The notes under the pieces were generated by a model, which made no database searches, was not told the origin of the DNA, and saw only the letters and a list, made by a program, of their open reading frames with translations. From positions 1,293,959 through 1,344,554 of the forward strand of contig NC_069008.1 in the NCBI RefSeq assembly GCF_001194135.2: a stretch of 50,596 nt of DNA. The letters are read 5' to 3'. Position 1 is the stretch's first letter. Each line of letters opens with the position of its first letter. The DNA is from Octopus bimaculoides. Its lineage: Eukaryota. Position numbers and translations under genes: made by a program. Below are positions 12,041 to 24,216 of this stretch, piece after piece.

Positions 12041-12719
12041 CTGCAAAGATAAAAAGAATTGAAGTTAAAAAATAATTAAGGTAACGAGATATTAAAATAA
12101 AATTGATGTGTGTTAAGAAGCTTGCTTCCTAACCACATGGTTCCGGGTTCAGTCCCATGGCGTGATACCTTGGACAAGTGTCTTCTACTATAACCTCAGA
12201 CCAACCAATCTTTGACCTACATCTCATGAGGATTTTTCTGTCCTTGAGAAAATTTCAAGCTCTGCATTATAAACCCAGTACAAATACAGTACAATATACA
12301 TTTACAGGGCCCCGAAGGCACTACAAACCCAGAGTCACAGGCAGAGAAAGACTTGGGGATCAGCATGTGCAATGATGCATCATTTGATATGCACATAAGC
12401 AAGAGGACAGCAAAATGCAGACAACTGGCAGGATGGACACTGTGTGTGTGTGTGTGTGTGTGTGTAATAACAGAACGTGTATGTGCATGGGTGTGTGTGG
12501 TTTGGCTGTTAATCTGTTAGTGGGTGTGTCACTTAAGGTTGTGGAAGGAATTAGTAGTAGGAATAATAATTTGGGAGTGGTTGTGGGCGATGGTCAGTAG
12601 AAAGTGAGCAAGCAGTTTTTAAGTATGTGTGTGTGCATACAAGTGTATGTTGTGTGAATGTGTTTATCTTGCAGTGTGTGTATGTGTATATATATATGTG
12701 TGTGTGTATAAGTGTGTGG

Positions 12720-12748
<29 letters not shown>

Positions 12749-12755
<7 letters not shown>

Positions 12756-13102
12756 AAAATTAAGGGATCAGCAACAGGTTGCTTCACCACATACCGAAGT
12801 TCAGAAATAGCAGCTAAAAATGCTGAAACTCCAACAGATAGCAGTTNNNNNNNNNNNNNNNNNNNNNNNNNNNNNNNNNNNNNNNNNNNNNNNNNNNNNN
12901 NNNNNNNNNNNNNNNNNNNNNNNNNNNNNNNNNNNNNNNNNNNNNNNNNNNNNNNNNNNNNNNNNNNNNNNNNNNNNNNNNNNNNNNNNNNNNNNNNTGC
13001 GGGTAACTGCTATCTGTTGGAGTTTCAGCATTTTTAGCTGCTATTTCTGAACTTCGGTATGTGGTGAAGCAAATGTTTGCTGATCCCTTAATTTCGTTTA
13101 TA
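12749..13102. repeat. 98-bp inverted repeat whose centre is an N gap
   Basis: 12749-12846 versus 13005-13102; the inner 68 bp are perfect. Confidence 0.9.
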
Positions 13103-13481
13103 AATGTATAAGAACTTTTAAATAAGTTCCACACCGATAATGGTGCTTACATACCGAAGGGCTTGGTAAAAATTATCAATTATTAATTTATTAATAAATT
13201 GATAATCCTTTACCCTTTTAATTGTAATAATTAATATATATATATATATATATATACTCACACACACACACACACATGCATACACACACACATTCAGCAC
13301 TAGCATTGTTGAGAGGCTACAAAACTCACTCTTCCACAATAATGAGGTGGTGGTAGTTGTAGTGGTGGTGGTAGCAATAATAATGATGCTGGTATTAGTA
13401 GTAGTAGTAGTAGTAGTAATAGTAGTAATAGTACTGATGGTGGCGTTTAGTAGAAGTAGTAGTGAATCTGTCCTTAGTTAC

Positions 13482-13633
13482 CTGTGCCATGTGCTGCTCC
13501 ATGTTAGCGTGACCATCACAAAGAGGAGAGGCAGGCTTCTGTGCGTATTTCCGTCGGTGTTTGTCGTCCACCTCAGTCAGGTACCAAGTGCCAGGGAACA
13601 GGTGTTCTGTGGATCCAATAGGAACATAAGGAG
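13482..13633 (-). CDS. HMGCS1: HMG-CoA synthase coding exon (152 nt, phase 1-0)
   Basis: ggcag| (A)[50 protein letters not shown] |gtaact. It has the C-terminal GTWYL..VD.KHRR.Y motif of HMGCS. Confidence 0.95.
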
Positions 13634-13724
13634 CTGCCATAGACAAAAAAAGAAAGAGAGAGAAATAGACTGGATGGTCGTGGTCAGAACACCACATATT
13701 AAACACATGCTGTAGCATCTTTTA

Positions 13725-13956
13725 TCTATTACTTGCTTCAGGAATTAGACCGTGGCCATGCTGGGGCACTGCCCTTAAGAACTGACCTCAGTACTTGAAT
13801 GTTTTTAAGCCTGGTACTTGTTCTATCAGTCTCTTTTTGCTGAACTGTCAAGTTGCAAGGACATAAACACACCATCACCGGTTGCCAAGCAGTGGGGGTG
13901 GTGGTGGTGATAAAAACAGACACAAAGACATGCATACACACACACACACATATATA

Positions 13957-14007
<51 letters not shown>

Positions 14008-14073
14008 CAAAAGCTTCTTTCAGTTTGTGTTTACCAAATGCACTCACAAAGCCTTGGCTGGTCTGAGGCTATA
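13725..14073 (-). mobile_element. SINE family A copy (truncated by gap)
   Basis: Reverse-complement match to the family A tail and core. Confidence 0.85.
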
Positions 14074-15022
14074 NNNNNNNNNNNNNNNNNNNNNNNNNNN
14101 NNNNNNNNNNNNNNNNNNNNNNNNNNNNNNNNNNNNNNNNNNNNNNNNNNNNNNNNNNNNNNNNNNNNNNNNNNNNNNNNNNNNNNNNNNNNNNNNNNNN
14201 NNNNNNNNNNNNNNNNNNNNNNNNNNNNNNNNNNNNNNNNNNNNNNNNNNNNNNNNNNNNNNNNNNNNNNNNNNNNNNNNNNNNNNNNNNNNNNNNNNNN
14301 NNNNNNNNNNNNNNNNNNNNNNNNNNNNNNNNNNNNNNNNNNNNNNNNNNNNNNNNNNNNNNNNNNNNNNNNNNNNNNNNNNNNNNNNNNNNNNNNNNNN
14401 NNNNNNNNNNNNNNNNNNNNNNNNNNNNNNNNNNNNNNNNNNNNNNNNNNNNNNNNNNNNNNNNNNNNNNNNNNNNNNNNNNNNNNNNNNNNNNNNNNNN
14501 NNNNNNNNNNNNNNNNNNNNNNNNNNNNNNNNNNNNNNNNNNNNNNNNNNNNNNNNNNNNNNNNNNNNNNNNNNNNNNNNNNNNNNNNNNNNNNNNNNNN
14601 NNNNNNNNNNNNNNNNNNNNNNNNNNNNNNNNNNNNNNNNNNNNNNNNNNNNNNNNNNNNNNNNNNNNNGGACAGACAAAGGGATTAAGTCGATTACATC
14701 GACCCCAGTGTGTAACTGGTACTTAATTTATCGACCCTGAAAGGATGAAAGGTAAAGTTGACCTGGGCGGAATTTGAACTCAGAACGTAAAGACAGACGA
14801 AATATCGCTAAGCATTTCGCCCGGCGTGATAACGTTTCTGCCAGCTCACCGCCTTTGAAGCTCAGTTTCCATCTACCAAATCCACTCATGAGACTTTTGT
14901 CGGCCTGAAGCTATTGTAGAAGACACTTGCCCAGGGTGCCACGCAGTGGGACTGAACCCAGAACCATGTGGTTAGGAGGAAGTAAGCTTATTACCACACA
15001 GCCACCCCTGTGCCTACAGAAA

Positions 15023-15852
15023 AGCACATGGCCAGATGTTTGTTTATGGTGACTTCATTTGTCATTCCATCAACTGAAAGAAACCCTGTCGGTGTGATGG
15101 AACAGTGACATCATGGACAGACACCTAACCAGTTGGAAGTGCAGTAAGTTATAACTTTCATCTGTCACCTATATTTCAAGCCATGCAGTTCTGCAACAGG
15201 ATTGAATAGACGTCTGAGAGGTCATGGGCAGAAGGTCGGGAATGCCACTGACAATGCAAAAGCACAAGGAGACAGAAATCATCTGAGTAAATGGCTCAAC
15301 CTGGCACTTTCTCTGTCAGGTACGTTGGTCATGAATTCAATTCCTGGCAATGCATTGAGTCCTTAAGCAAGACACTTTATTTCAACGTTGCTCCAGTCTA
15401 CTCAGCTGGCAAAAATGAGTAGTACCCATATTTCAAAGGGCCAACCTTGCAACACTGTGTCACGCTGAATCTCCCTGTGGACTACATTAAGGGTACATGA
15501 GTCTGTGGAGTACTCAGTCACATGCATATTAATTTCATGAGCAGGCTGTTCCATTGATCAGAACAACAAGAACTCTTGTTGCCGTAACTGAAGGAGAAAG
15601 TGCCAGATTGAGCTTTTGCATTGTCAATGGCATTCCCGACCTTCTTCCCATGACCTCTCAGACGTCTATTCAATCCTGTTGCAGAACTGCATGGCTTGAA
15701 ATATAGGTGACAGATGAAAGTTATAACTTACTGCACTTCCAACTGGTTAGGTGTCTGTACATGATGTCACTGTTCCATCACACGGACAGGGTTTCTTTCA
15801 GTTGATGGAATGACAAATGAAGTCACCATAAACAAACATCTGGCCATGTGCT
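15023..15852. repeat. 245-bp inverted repeat (5 mismatches) with 340-nt spacer
   Basis: 15023-15267 is the reverse complement of 15608-15852 (aligned by hand). Confidence 0.95.
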
Positions 15853-16080
15853 CTTTCATAGGTGCAGGTGTGGCTGTGTGGTAAGAAAATTGCTTCCCAA
15901 CCACATGGTTCTGGGTTCAGTCCCACTGCGTGGCAGTCTGAGCAAGTGTTTTCTACATCCTGATCTTGTTTGTTGTTAACACATTTCAGCTGATGTACCC
16001 TCCAGCCTTCTTGGGGAAATTTTGAACCTGGGTTCTCATTCCTAAGGTATTTTTCGATGCTGTTGTTGTTATTATTATTC

Positions 16081-16146
16081 AGGTTGGAATCGAACTTGAA
16101 ATCTTGGTGTTAGTAGCCCATGCTCTTAACAACTACGCCATATGCC
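16081..16146 (-). pseudogene. tRNA-like SINE head / pseudo-tRNA with CT-ACT-AA loop
   Basis: Minus strand reads TGGCGTAGTTGTTAAGAGCATGGGCTACTAACACCAAGATTTCAAGTTCGATTCC. A and B boxes are present, but the acceptor and anticodon stems are imperfect. Confidence 0.6.
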
Positions 16147-16254
16147 CATAGGCAATTATGGAGTGAATTTTAGGGCTTGTAAATCTAATATTTTCCTATC
16201 CTTCTATCATTATATCAGTATACACAAACACACTTCGGCCCATGTAAAACCTAC

Positions 16255-16487
16255 CGATATGATGAGTCTTCTCACGAAGTTTCAATGTTTCTTCAAATTC
16301 TTTGGGACTGAATTTCACCCGAGATTCTAACCGACTTTTGATGCCACTTAACGAGTGGTAGAGTTTCTCAAGCGAAGATCCACTGGAATTGTCCTGGGTG
16401 ATGTGGAGGGAGAACATGGAAGAGGCAAGGCCGGAACCATAGGAGAAGAGGACGATTCTTTGTCCTGGCAGGTCTGCAAGTGATTGG
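16255..16487 (-). CDS. HMGCS1: HMG-CoA synthase coding exon (233 nt, phase 2-1)
   Basis: ttccttctccag| QSLADLPGQRIVLFSYGSGLASSMFSLHITQDNSSGSSLEKLYHSLSGIKSRLESRVKFSPKEFEETLKLREKTHHI |gtaggt. It has the FSYGSG motif. Confidence 0.97.
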
Positions 16488-16689
16488 CTGGAGAAGGAAA
16501 CGAGATAATTAATAAAAATGATACGATATTCATGTGCGTGTGTGTAATGTATATTACACACACACATGCCTACATAAATACACCCATGTATATATATATA
16601 TATGCACACACACAGAGAGTGTGATGGATAAATTGTTGCCATTTTATAATTTAATTTCATGCATGCACATGGTTTTTGATTTCGTCGAC

Positions 16690-17024
16690 TACACAGTATA
16701 GAGTTGGATGAATATAATGGTGATTACGAAAGTACAGCAGCTTTGAACACTCACTCAGTTCTGTACCGTGCCAACAGATGGCAGCACATGGTTGTGGGTG
16801 CAGTGGGAGCTAGCAGTGACCTTCATGAGGTAGTGTGCTGAGTGACATTACTTATGTTTACTTGGCAAGTTGTGAAATTTGTGTTTTTGTGATCATGTGT
16901 ATGTTGCAGTCTGCAATTTTGTTATGGACAGGAAAAAAGAGCTGACATGAAATCTTCTGTTAAGTTTGGGAAGTCTGCTACAGAGACATTGAGCATGCTT
17001 CTGCAAGCTTATGGCGATGAGGCT
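16690..17024 (+). mobile_element. Mariner transposase N-terminal fragment and 5' region, interrupted by a SINE
   Basis: MKSSVKFGKSATETLSMLLQAYGDEA resembles the mariner helix-turn-helix start IKFCVKLGKSATETFEML..AYGDEA. Confidence 0.82.
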
Positions 17025-17484
17025 AAAGTTGTGGTGGAAGAGTACAGCAGGGTTCGCCACCATCCCCTGCCAGAGCCTTGTGGAGCTTTAGGTGTTTTTT
17101 CGCTCAATAAACACTCACAACGCCCGGTCTGGGAATCGAAACTGCGATCCTCTGACCACGAGTCCGCTGCCCTAACCACTGGGCCATTGCGCCTCCACTA
17201 CCACCTTGTATATGTGAGTGAAAAAGGACTGTAGACACACTTCACATACATAGCAAAAAAAAACTGAGAAGAAAAGGAAAAATAGGTGAAAGAAAAGAGG
17301 AGAGAGACAGGGACAAAGATGGAGAAAGAAAAAGAGAGCGACATTAAGCAAACAATAGCCACAAACATATGCAAACAGCCACAAACTCAGACACAAAAAA
17401 TAAAAAAGTGAAAACAAAACAAAAATCATACACGGAAAAGGAGAAACTTCAAAAGATGCCCTTTAAAAAGCCATTCATCCTTAC

Positions 17485-17655
17485 TTCATTATATAGGAGA
17501 GTAAACAGCTGTAGACTGATGGAGTATACATGTTTCCAATTCTGTTTGCCAAATAAAGAGACGGTTTGGTTTTCTGAAGGAATGCCTTTTCACTGCACTT
17601 CACAAACGTAGATTCGACTTGCTTATCAAAGTATGTAGACTCCAGTTCGATTTTC
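17485..17655 (-). CDS. HMGCS1: HMG-CoA synthase coding exon (171 nt, phase 2-2)
   Basis: tttgaag| KIELESTYFDKQVESTFVKCSEKAFLQKTKPSLYLANRIGNMYTPSVYSCLLSYIM(N) |gtaagg. It has the GNMYTPS motif. Read by hand. Confidence 0.97.
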
Positions 17656-18239
17656 CTTCAAATAAATAAGTAAATGCATAATTAATAAGTTCAAGAGATT
17701 ATGTAAATAATGGCTTTATGCTCTAAATTTTCACATCCTTCAAAACCCTATAACTCAAAATTTCAAGAAGCCTTACAAATCTATTAATGCTCTGGCATTT
17801 AAAGCGGATAAGTGAAGGCACATGGCTAAGTGGTAAGGGCACTTGACTCACAATCATAATGTGAGTTCAATTCCTGGTGGTGCATTGTGGAAGGGGTAGA
17901 CCCAGGAAAAATGTGGGACAAATTGGTAAGAAAGGATCTTCAGATGCTGGGCCCCATTGAGGAGATGACAAAGGACCAGGAATTTTGGCAATTTTACCAT
18001 ATCATATTTCTGTTTAGATGCCTTGTGTTTCTTTCAATTAATTTTAAATATAACCAAAGAATTTAGTAAAATAACATGATCATGAGGTGAATTCCTTAGT
18101 CATTGTGTATTTGTATATACAATGAAACAAAAAAAATAAACAAAGCGGGTAATGAAAAACACACCCAAAAAAACTTTGGTGCCACCGCATGCTGGTTGAA
18201 GATTAGTAAAAAAAAAAAAAGTGTTATCGACAGACTCAC

Positions 18240-18393
18240 CTGAATTCTTCAAGACCGTTGTACAATCCGTTGAAGTCAGGATTGGGGTCTCGCAGAAAAT
18301 CATTGAGTACAAGCCGGGCCAGAGATTTCTGCACCAGTTTACAGTATGGTGAATGGAACACAAATGCATTGGCACTAGACACAGTGAAGTTTT
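18240..18393 (-). CDS. HMGCS1: HMG-CoA synthase coding exon (154 nt, phase 1-2)
   Basis: ttcttcag| (E)[50 protein letters not shown](R) |gtgagt. It has the catalytic His motif [12 protein letters not shown]. It is absent from the ORF track and was read by hand. Confidence 0.97.
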
Positions 18394-18614
18394 CTGAAGA
18401 ATTCAAAGAAATATTATGAACTATGTATTAACAAAACCATTTTAAAAAAATATTAAATATGTGAGTTCTAAACATTTTTTTTAATATAATTCTTCAATTT
18501 CAATTTTCTAATCTCACCAATCATAACAAAATGATTCCTTCTCTTGTAATAGCTGTGATTGTTACAGGAAACATGCAGGTTATGAAAAATATGGCTGTGA
18601 TTTTGTGCAAATCC

Positions 18615-19172
18615 ATTTTAACCCTTTATTGAAACCAGCTAGATCTGGCCTATCACACCTGCCCTACATCATTCTAAAAATATACTATCACATCATCGAA
18701 ATCTCAAAAGTATGAGAATATATGAATAAATAAGCATTAGGTTTGACAGATCAATTTGTATGCTAAAGGGCTTACTGTAGCTGTATTGACCCAAATATTC
18801 TCCCTGTTTTATATTCAAACCAGCCAGATCAGACTTCTCCCACTTACCCTACAACGTCATTCTAAGAATTAACAATCACATCATTGAAATTTTGAAGCTA
18901 TGAGATAATGCAGGATTAATTCAAAACAATGTGAATAAACAAGTTTTACATTTGACAGAGGAATCTGAATGCTAAAGGGTTACACTAACTGTATCCATTT
19001 TTATGTTGAAACTAGCAAGGTCCAGCCTCTCACACCTAACCTACAATGTCATTCTGTAAGTAAACAATCACATCATCAAAATCTCAAAGCTATGAGATAA
19101 TTCATGATTATTTCAAAACATTGTGAATAAATAAGCATTACATTTGACGATTAATCTGAGTGCTAAAGGTTT
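18615..19172 (-). mobile_element. Three tandem piggyBac-like MITE units, opposite orientation
   Basis: Reverse-complement copies, each ending ...atctgaatgctaaagggtt at about 18775, 18982 and 19170. Confidence 0.7.
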
Positions 19173-19774
19173 AAATTGTTGATGATGGATAAATGTTTGT
19201 TCCAGTACACACATGAAGATAATACCACTTATGAATGTCTACATCTCAAAGGGTTAGGTTAGGGTTAGCTTCTGAAGTTGTAGCTAAAACTTAAATTATT
19301 AGTGCACTCTAAGATGTCAGAGGATACAATTCCCTGGAAGCAGTTATTTTATATAGATGAGGTCTGCTCAAAAGGTATTTGACTTTATTTTTTTCTTGTC
19401 AAAATTAATGCCACATGAGCAAAATTGTTTGGGTGGGAGATGATGTTACCATTCCTGCACAGGTGTGAAGTTTACACACCTTGTAAGCACAAAAAACTCT
19501 CTCCCTATTCCTAATCTACAAACATTCTATAAAAAATTGAGAAAAATAAAAAAAAACACTTTTCATAAACTTTATCTAGACAAACTATTTTCATCTGTAA
19601 TGAAATGTCTCACTTCATAAAGTATTTAATTAAGTATTCAATTATAAAGTATTTAATGAAAAGGTTATACCAGGGTGAGGATTTCTAAAAAGAATGAAAT
19701 ACAGCTAGTCATGATGACTCCTAACAAGAACTTTGTAATATGTTAAAAAAATTAAATAGAGGCCTGATTGAGTG

Positions 19775-20170
19775 GCAAGAAGCTTACTTCCCAACTGCAG
19801 GATTGTGGGTTCAGTCCCATTATGTGGTGGCACCTAGGGCAAGTGTCTTTTACTACAGCCTCAGGCTGTATTGTGAGAGGATTTGGTAATCAGAACTGAA
19901 AGAAGCCAGTTGTGTGTATATGTGTATATATACTTAAATATATATATGTCTGAATGTTTGCCCCCAAAACTGTTTGACAGCTGGTGTTGGTGTGTTTCCA
20001 TCCCTGTAACTTAACAGTTCAGCAAAAGGGACTGATGGAATAAGTACTAGTCTCTTACAAAAAAAAAAAAAAAAAAAAAAAAAAAGTACTGGGGTAGATT
20101 CATTCCACAAAAAATTCTTCAAGGTGGTGCCCCAGCATGGCTGCAGTCTAATGACTGAAACAAGTAAAAG
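19775..20170 (+). mobile_element. SINE family A copy
   Basis: Head, core and tail are colinear with 3917-4295. Confidence 0.88.
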
Positions 20171-20439
20171 ATAAAAGGCATATAAATTCTTTAATTTCAA
20201 ATTTTGAACCAGCCTCAAATCATGTCAAAAACGATTATCTCCCTTGTAACAGCTGTGACTATTAAATGGGACCAAATGGATTCTAAGAAAACATTTCAAA
20301 ACAGTTTCCTTCCATATATTTTATTTATTTTCTTCTGTTAGTGATAGGTGTGAACAGGATTTGTTGGGATCAGGGTTTCACTCGATACTAAGGAGTCTTG
20401 AACTAGCTGCAAAAGGAGAGAAAAGGCGCTTGGAAGCCA

Positions 20440-20961
20440 AAAGGATGGAAAGCAAAGTCAACCTAGGCAGGATTTGAACTCAGAACATAAAAAGAGCCGG
20501 AAGAATTACTACTAAGTATTTTGTTCGACATACAAAGGATTCTGCCAATTTGCCACCTTATTATAATAATAATGGTTTTAAATTTTAGCACAAGGTCAGC
20601 AATTTCAGGGGGAAGGGATAGAATGATTACATCAGTCCCAGTGATCAACTGGTACATATTTTATTGACCTTGGAAGGATGAAAGGCAAAGTCGACCTTGA
20701 TGGAATTTGAACTCAGAATATAAAGACGGATGAAATGCTGCTAACCATTCTGCCAAGCTCACCGCCTTATAATAATAATAATAATGATAATAATAATAAT
20801 ACAGAAAATTGCACTACTGGGCACTGCACACATCCTACGCAAAACACTTTCAATACAGTAACCATAAGAGCATCACAGCAAACCACAGCACATACCCAAG
20901 GCACACAGAGCTGCGCTCGGTAGTGAAGTGAAAGCACATTATAAAAATAAAACTACTGAAC

Positions 20962-21006
<45 letters not shown>

Positions 21007-21420
21007 CCTTTCTACTGGAAGCACAAGGTCTCAAATTTGGAGGAAGGGATTAAGTCAATTGCATTGACTCCAGTATGTAACTGGTACTTATTTTATCAAC
21101 CCCGAAAGGATGAAAAGTAAGGTCGACCTTGGCAGAATTTGAACTCAGAATGCGGCAATGGACAAAATGCCAGGTGTGTTAATGAATCTGCCGGCTTGCC
21201 GTGTTACAAATAATAATAGTCCTTTCTACTCCAGGTACAAGGTGAGCAATTTTGGAGGAAGTGATTAAATTGATTATCTCAATCCCAATGATCAACAGGT
21301 ACTTATTTTATCGACCCCGAAAGGATGACAGGCAAACACGAGCTTGGCAGAATCTGAACTCAGAATACAAAGATGGATGAAAAGCCGCTAAGCATTTTGC
21401 CTGCCTTGCTAACGATTCTT
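20440..21420 (-). mobile_element. Head-to-tail SINE family B array (about 4 copies)
   Basis: Repeated family B core with (TAA)n spacers. Confidence 0.88.
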
Positions 21421-21936
21421 CCAAAAGCTAATTAAAATCACGGCTGTCCTTGTATACAAGTATGCCCCTCTTCAAGTGAGCATTCCTCATCTTGAGGACT
21501 TGTGGGAGCTGGTGCCACTGGTGCAGTGTAAAAGGCACCCATTACACTCTGTAGAGTGGATGGCATTAGGAAGTGCATCCAGCTGTAGAAGCCATGCCAA
21601 AACAGACATGGAACCTAGTGCAGATCTCTGGCTGACCAGCTCCTGTCAAACTCTCTTCTTTATTAACCATATTCAGGTTTAAATGAAGAAAGGACAAAAC
21701 AAGGACAGACAAACAGACAATGTTTGCTGTACCAGTCTCTTAAAAATCCTTGCTAACCAGCTCCTGTCAAAGTGTCTAACCCATGCCAGCATAAAAAAAT
21801 GGACATTAAATGATGATGATGATGATGATATTTTAATGCATTCTTTTCCTTGATACATCAAATATGCTAATGCACCTTTCACTGCCATCATGTATAGTGT
21901 GTAGAGACTTAGTGGTGATACTGAAATACAAAATAC

Positions 21937-22101
21937 CTATAAGGTGTTGCTGGTGCACTTTGTGAGTGTACTCCTGGTAGCATTTATCCAGTGCGTGCTG
22001 GTAACATTTAATAGAGAGTTTCCCGTCCACTGTCGGATATTCAGAAGTCATGTCTGGTTTGTAGAAATCGTACACGTGTTGCATATGAGTAGCACGAACT
22101 C
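21937..22101 (-). CDS. HMGCS1: HMG-CoA synthase coding exon (165 nt, phase 1-1)
   Basis: tttcgaag| (R)[54 protein letters not shown] |gtattt. The YDFYKP and DGKLS motifs are typical of HMGCS. Confidence 0.97.
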
Positions 22102-22299
22102 CTTCGAAAGACAGAGAAACAGAAAAATTAGACAGTTGAGGTGGGGAGGGTTGTTTGAAATGCACAGACAGCTCAAAAGTAAATAGACACCCTTATATTT
22201 GATTGAAAGATAGATATCTAGAAATGAAAACAAAAGTCATTTAATACATCTAAATACTTAATCATGCCTTGTACATGATACACTAAGAAGTTTGAAGCA

Positions 22300-22560
22300 C
22301 AGTAATTCCTCAACTATCGCAAGTGTTACGTTCTGAAACCCCTGTGATAGGTGAAAATCCGAGAAGTAGAAACAGTATTGTGCTGTATATTTTTTATTAT
22401 TATTTTTATAATTTGTATATATTTATCTTATTAAGTTGTTCCGAAAATAATGGCCCCTCTAAGTGTTGTGTTTTGAAACACAATTTTATCATAGTATTTT
22501 AATTATATTTTAGGTGAATTTCAACATACTTAATTGATGTATGCTTTTTAATAATTTTCT
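22300..22560 (+). mobile_element. Tigger-like MITE fragment
   Basis: Begins CAGTAATTCCTC..CTATCGC..GTTACGTTC...GATAGGTGAAAATCCG.GAAGTAG, a pogo-type TIR as I recall it. Confidence 0.5.
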
Positions 22561-23017
22561 ATTTATTTCAGACAGAAAACATTCTTGAAGCATAGGTGCC
22601 CTTAAATATGAACAGAACAAAAAAAGGACCTTTGCTTACTTTTCTTGCATGAGTTCAAGCTTTGGCACAATGCCTCCCAGGCTGCTGCCAATACCAACAG
22701 AGCATGGGGAGAGGGGACTACAAGTGATTGCTCAGTACGAAGCAACGTAGCAACGGGTGACATACCGCCAAGCATTTCGTCCACCGTGCTGACGACTCTC
22801 CCAGCTCATCACCTTCTCTTATAATAATAATAATCCTTTCTACCATACGGATGGGGATGGGATAAGTGAATTACATCGAGCCCAGTGTCTCACTGGTACT
22901 TAATTTAATGACCCTGAAAGGATGAAGGACAAAGTTGACCTCGGGGGGAATTTGAATTCAGAACGTAAAGACAGGTGAAATGCCACTAAGCGTGTTAATA
23001 ATTCTACCAGCTCACTG

Positions 23018-23067
<50 letters not shown>

Positions 23068-23086
23068 GTAATAATACAATGTTTAC

Positions 23087-23212
23087 GTTGATCTAATATT
23101 AATGGTGCATTTGGTCCAATGAGCATTGCAATAGCAGCTGCACCTCCAGTACTGCGGGCATTGCCGGATGCATATACTGCAATATCTCCTGCAACCACGA
23201 CGGCATAGCGAC
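23087..23212 (-). CDS. HMGCS1: HMG-CoA synthase coding exon (126 nt, phase 1-1)
   Basis: ttccag| (G)[41 protein letters not shown](R) |gtaaac. It is in frame with the previous exon. Confidence 0.97.
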
Positions 23213-23654
23213 CTGGAATTAAAGAGAAGAAAGAAAACAGCAGTTAAATTTGGATAATTAAATTTTAATGAGAAACACACACACACAAAAACCACGCACT
23301 TCTCATGAGGAATTCCTGAAGAAACTTCGTGAGACCACTACTGAGATGCTTCCGAAAAAAAAGAAAACCGTTGGAAAACAGTTTATAGCAGAGACTCCAG
23401 CTAAGAAGATCTGAAGAAGGAATTGTAATTCCGAAATATCATCGGACTATAGATAACCAAATTACAACAGGTATATAGTCCATTGTTTGTTTTATAGTGT
23501 ATTGTTGTACCATTCTAAACTTTTTATTCTTCAGAAAAAACAATAGATAATGACAATAAGTCTTCCTTTTTATAAACCATCCCATGCTGCTGAGATACAC
23601 ATTAGTCCATCCATGCCCATCATGTCTGAATTTTGACCCTTTAGCATTCATATT

Positions 23655-24166
23655 ACTCAGTCGAAGATGGATGAGATACCACGAAGCGTTTCGCCCGACA
23701 TGCTAACAGTTCTTCCAGCTTGCCACCATAATAATAATAATTTGTGGGGAGGGGACTAGTCCATTACATCAACGCCAGTATTTCACTGGTACTTATTTTA
23801 TTGACCCCCGAAAGGATGAAAGGCAAAGTCGACCTCGGCGGAATTTGAATCCAGAATGAGGGAGCGATGGGTGAAATACGGTTAACCATTTTGTCCAGCA
23901 TCCTAATGATTGTGCCAGCTCGCTGCCTTATGTAAAAACCATAATGATGATTTCAAATTTTTGCCACAGGGGCAGTTTGGGGGAGGAGGGGATTAAGTCA
24001 ATTACATCGACACCAGTACATAACTGGTACTTATTTAATTGACCCCGAAAGGATGAAAGGCAAAGTCGACCTCGGTGGAATTTGAACTCAGAACGTAGCA
24101 ATGGGTGGAATGCTACTAAGCATTTTGTCCAGCGTGCTAATGATTCTGCCAGAGCTCACCACCTCT

Positions 24167-24216
<50 letters not shown>

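Noticed and set aside
13395-13481. Alternative HMGCS C-terminus VTKDRF...YYYY by reading through the donor
   Set aside because: It runs into a (TAC)n repeat, and a good phase-0 donor/acceptor pair exists.
17090-17200. Intact tRNA gene
   Set aside because: The tRNA-like head continues into a SINE body and lacks a proper acceptor stem and terminator; it is a SINE inserted in a mariner relic.
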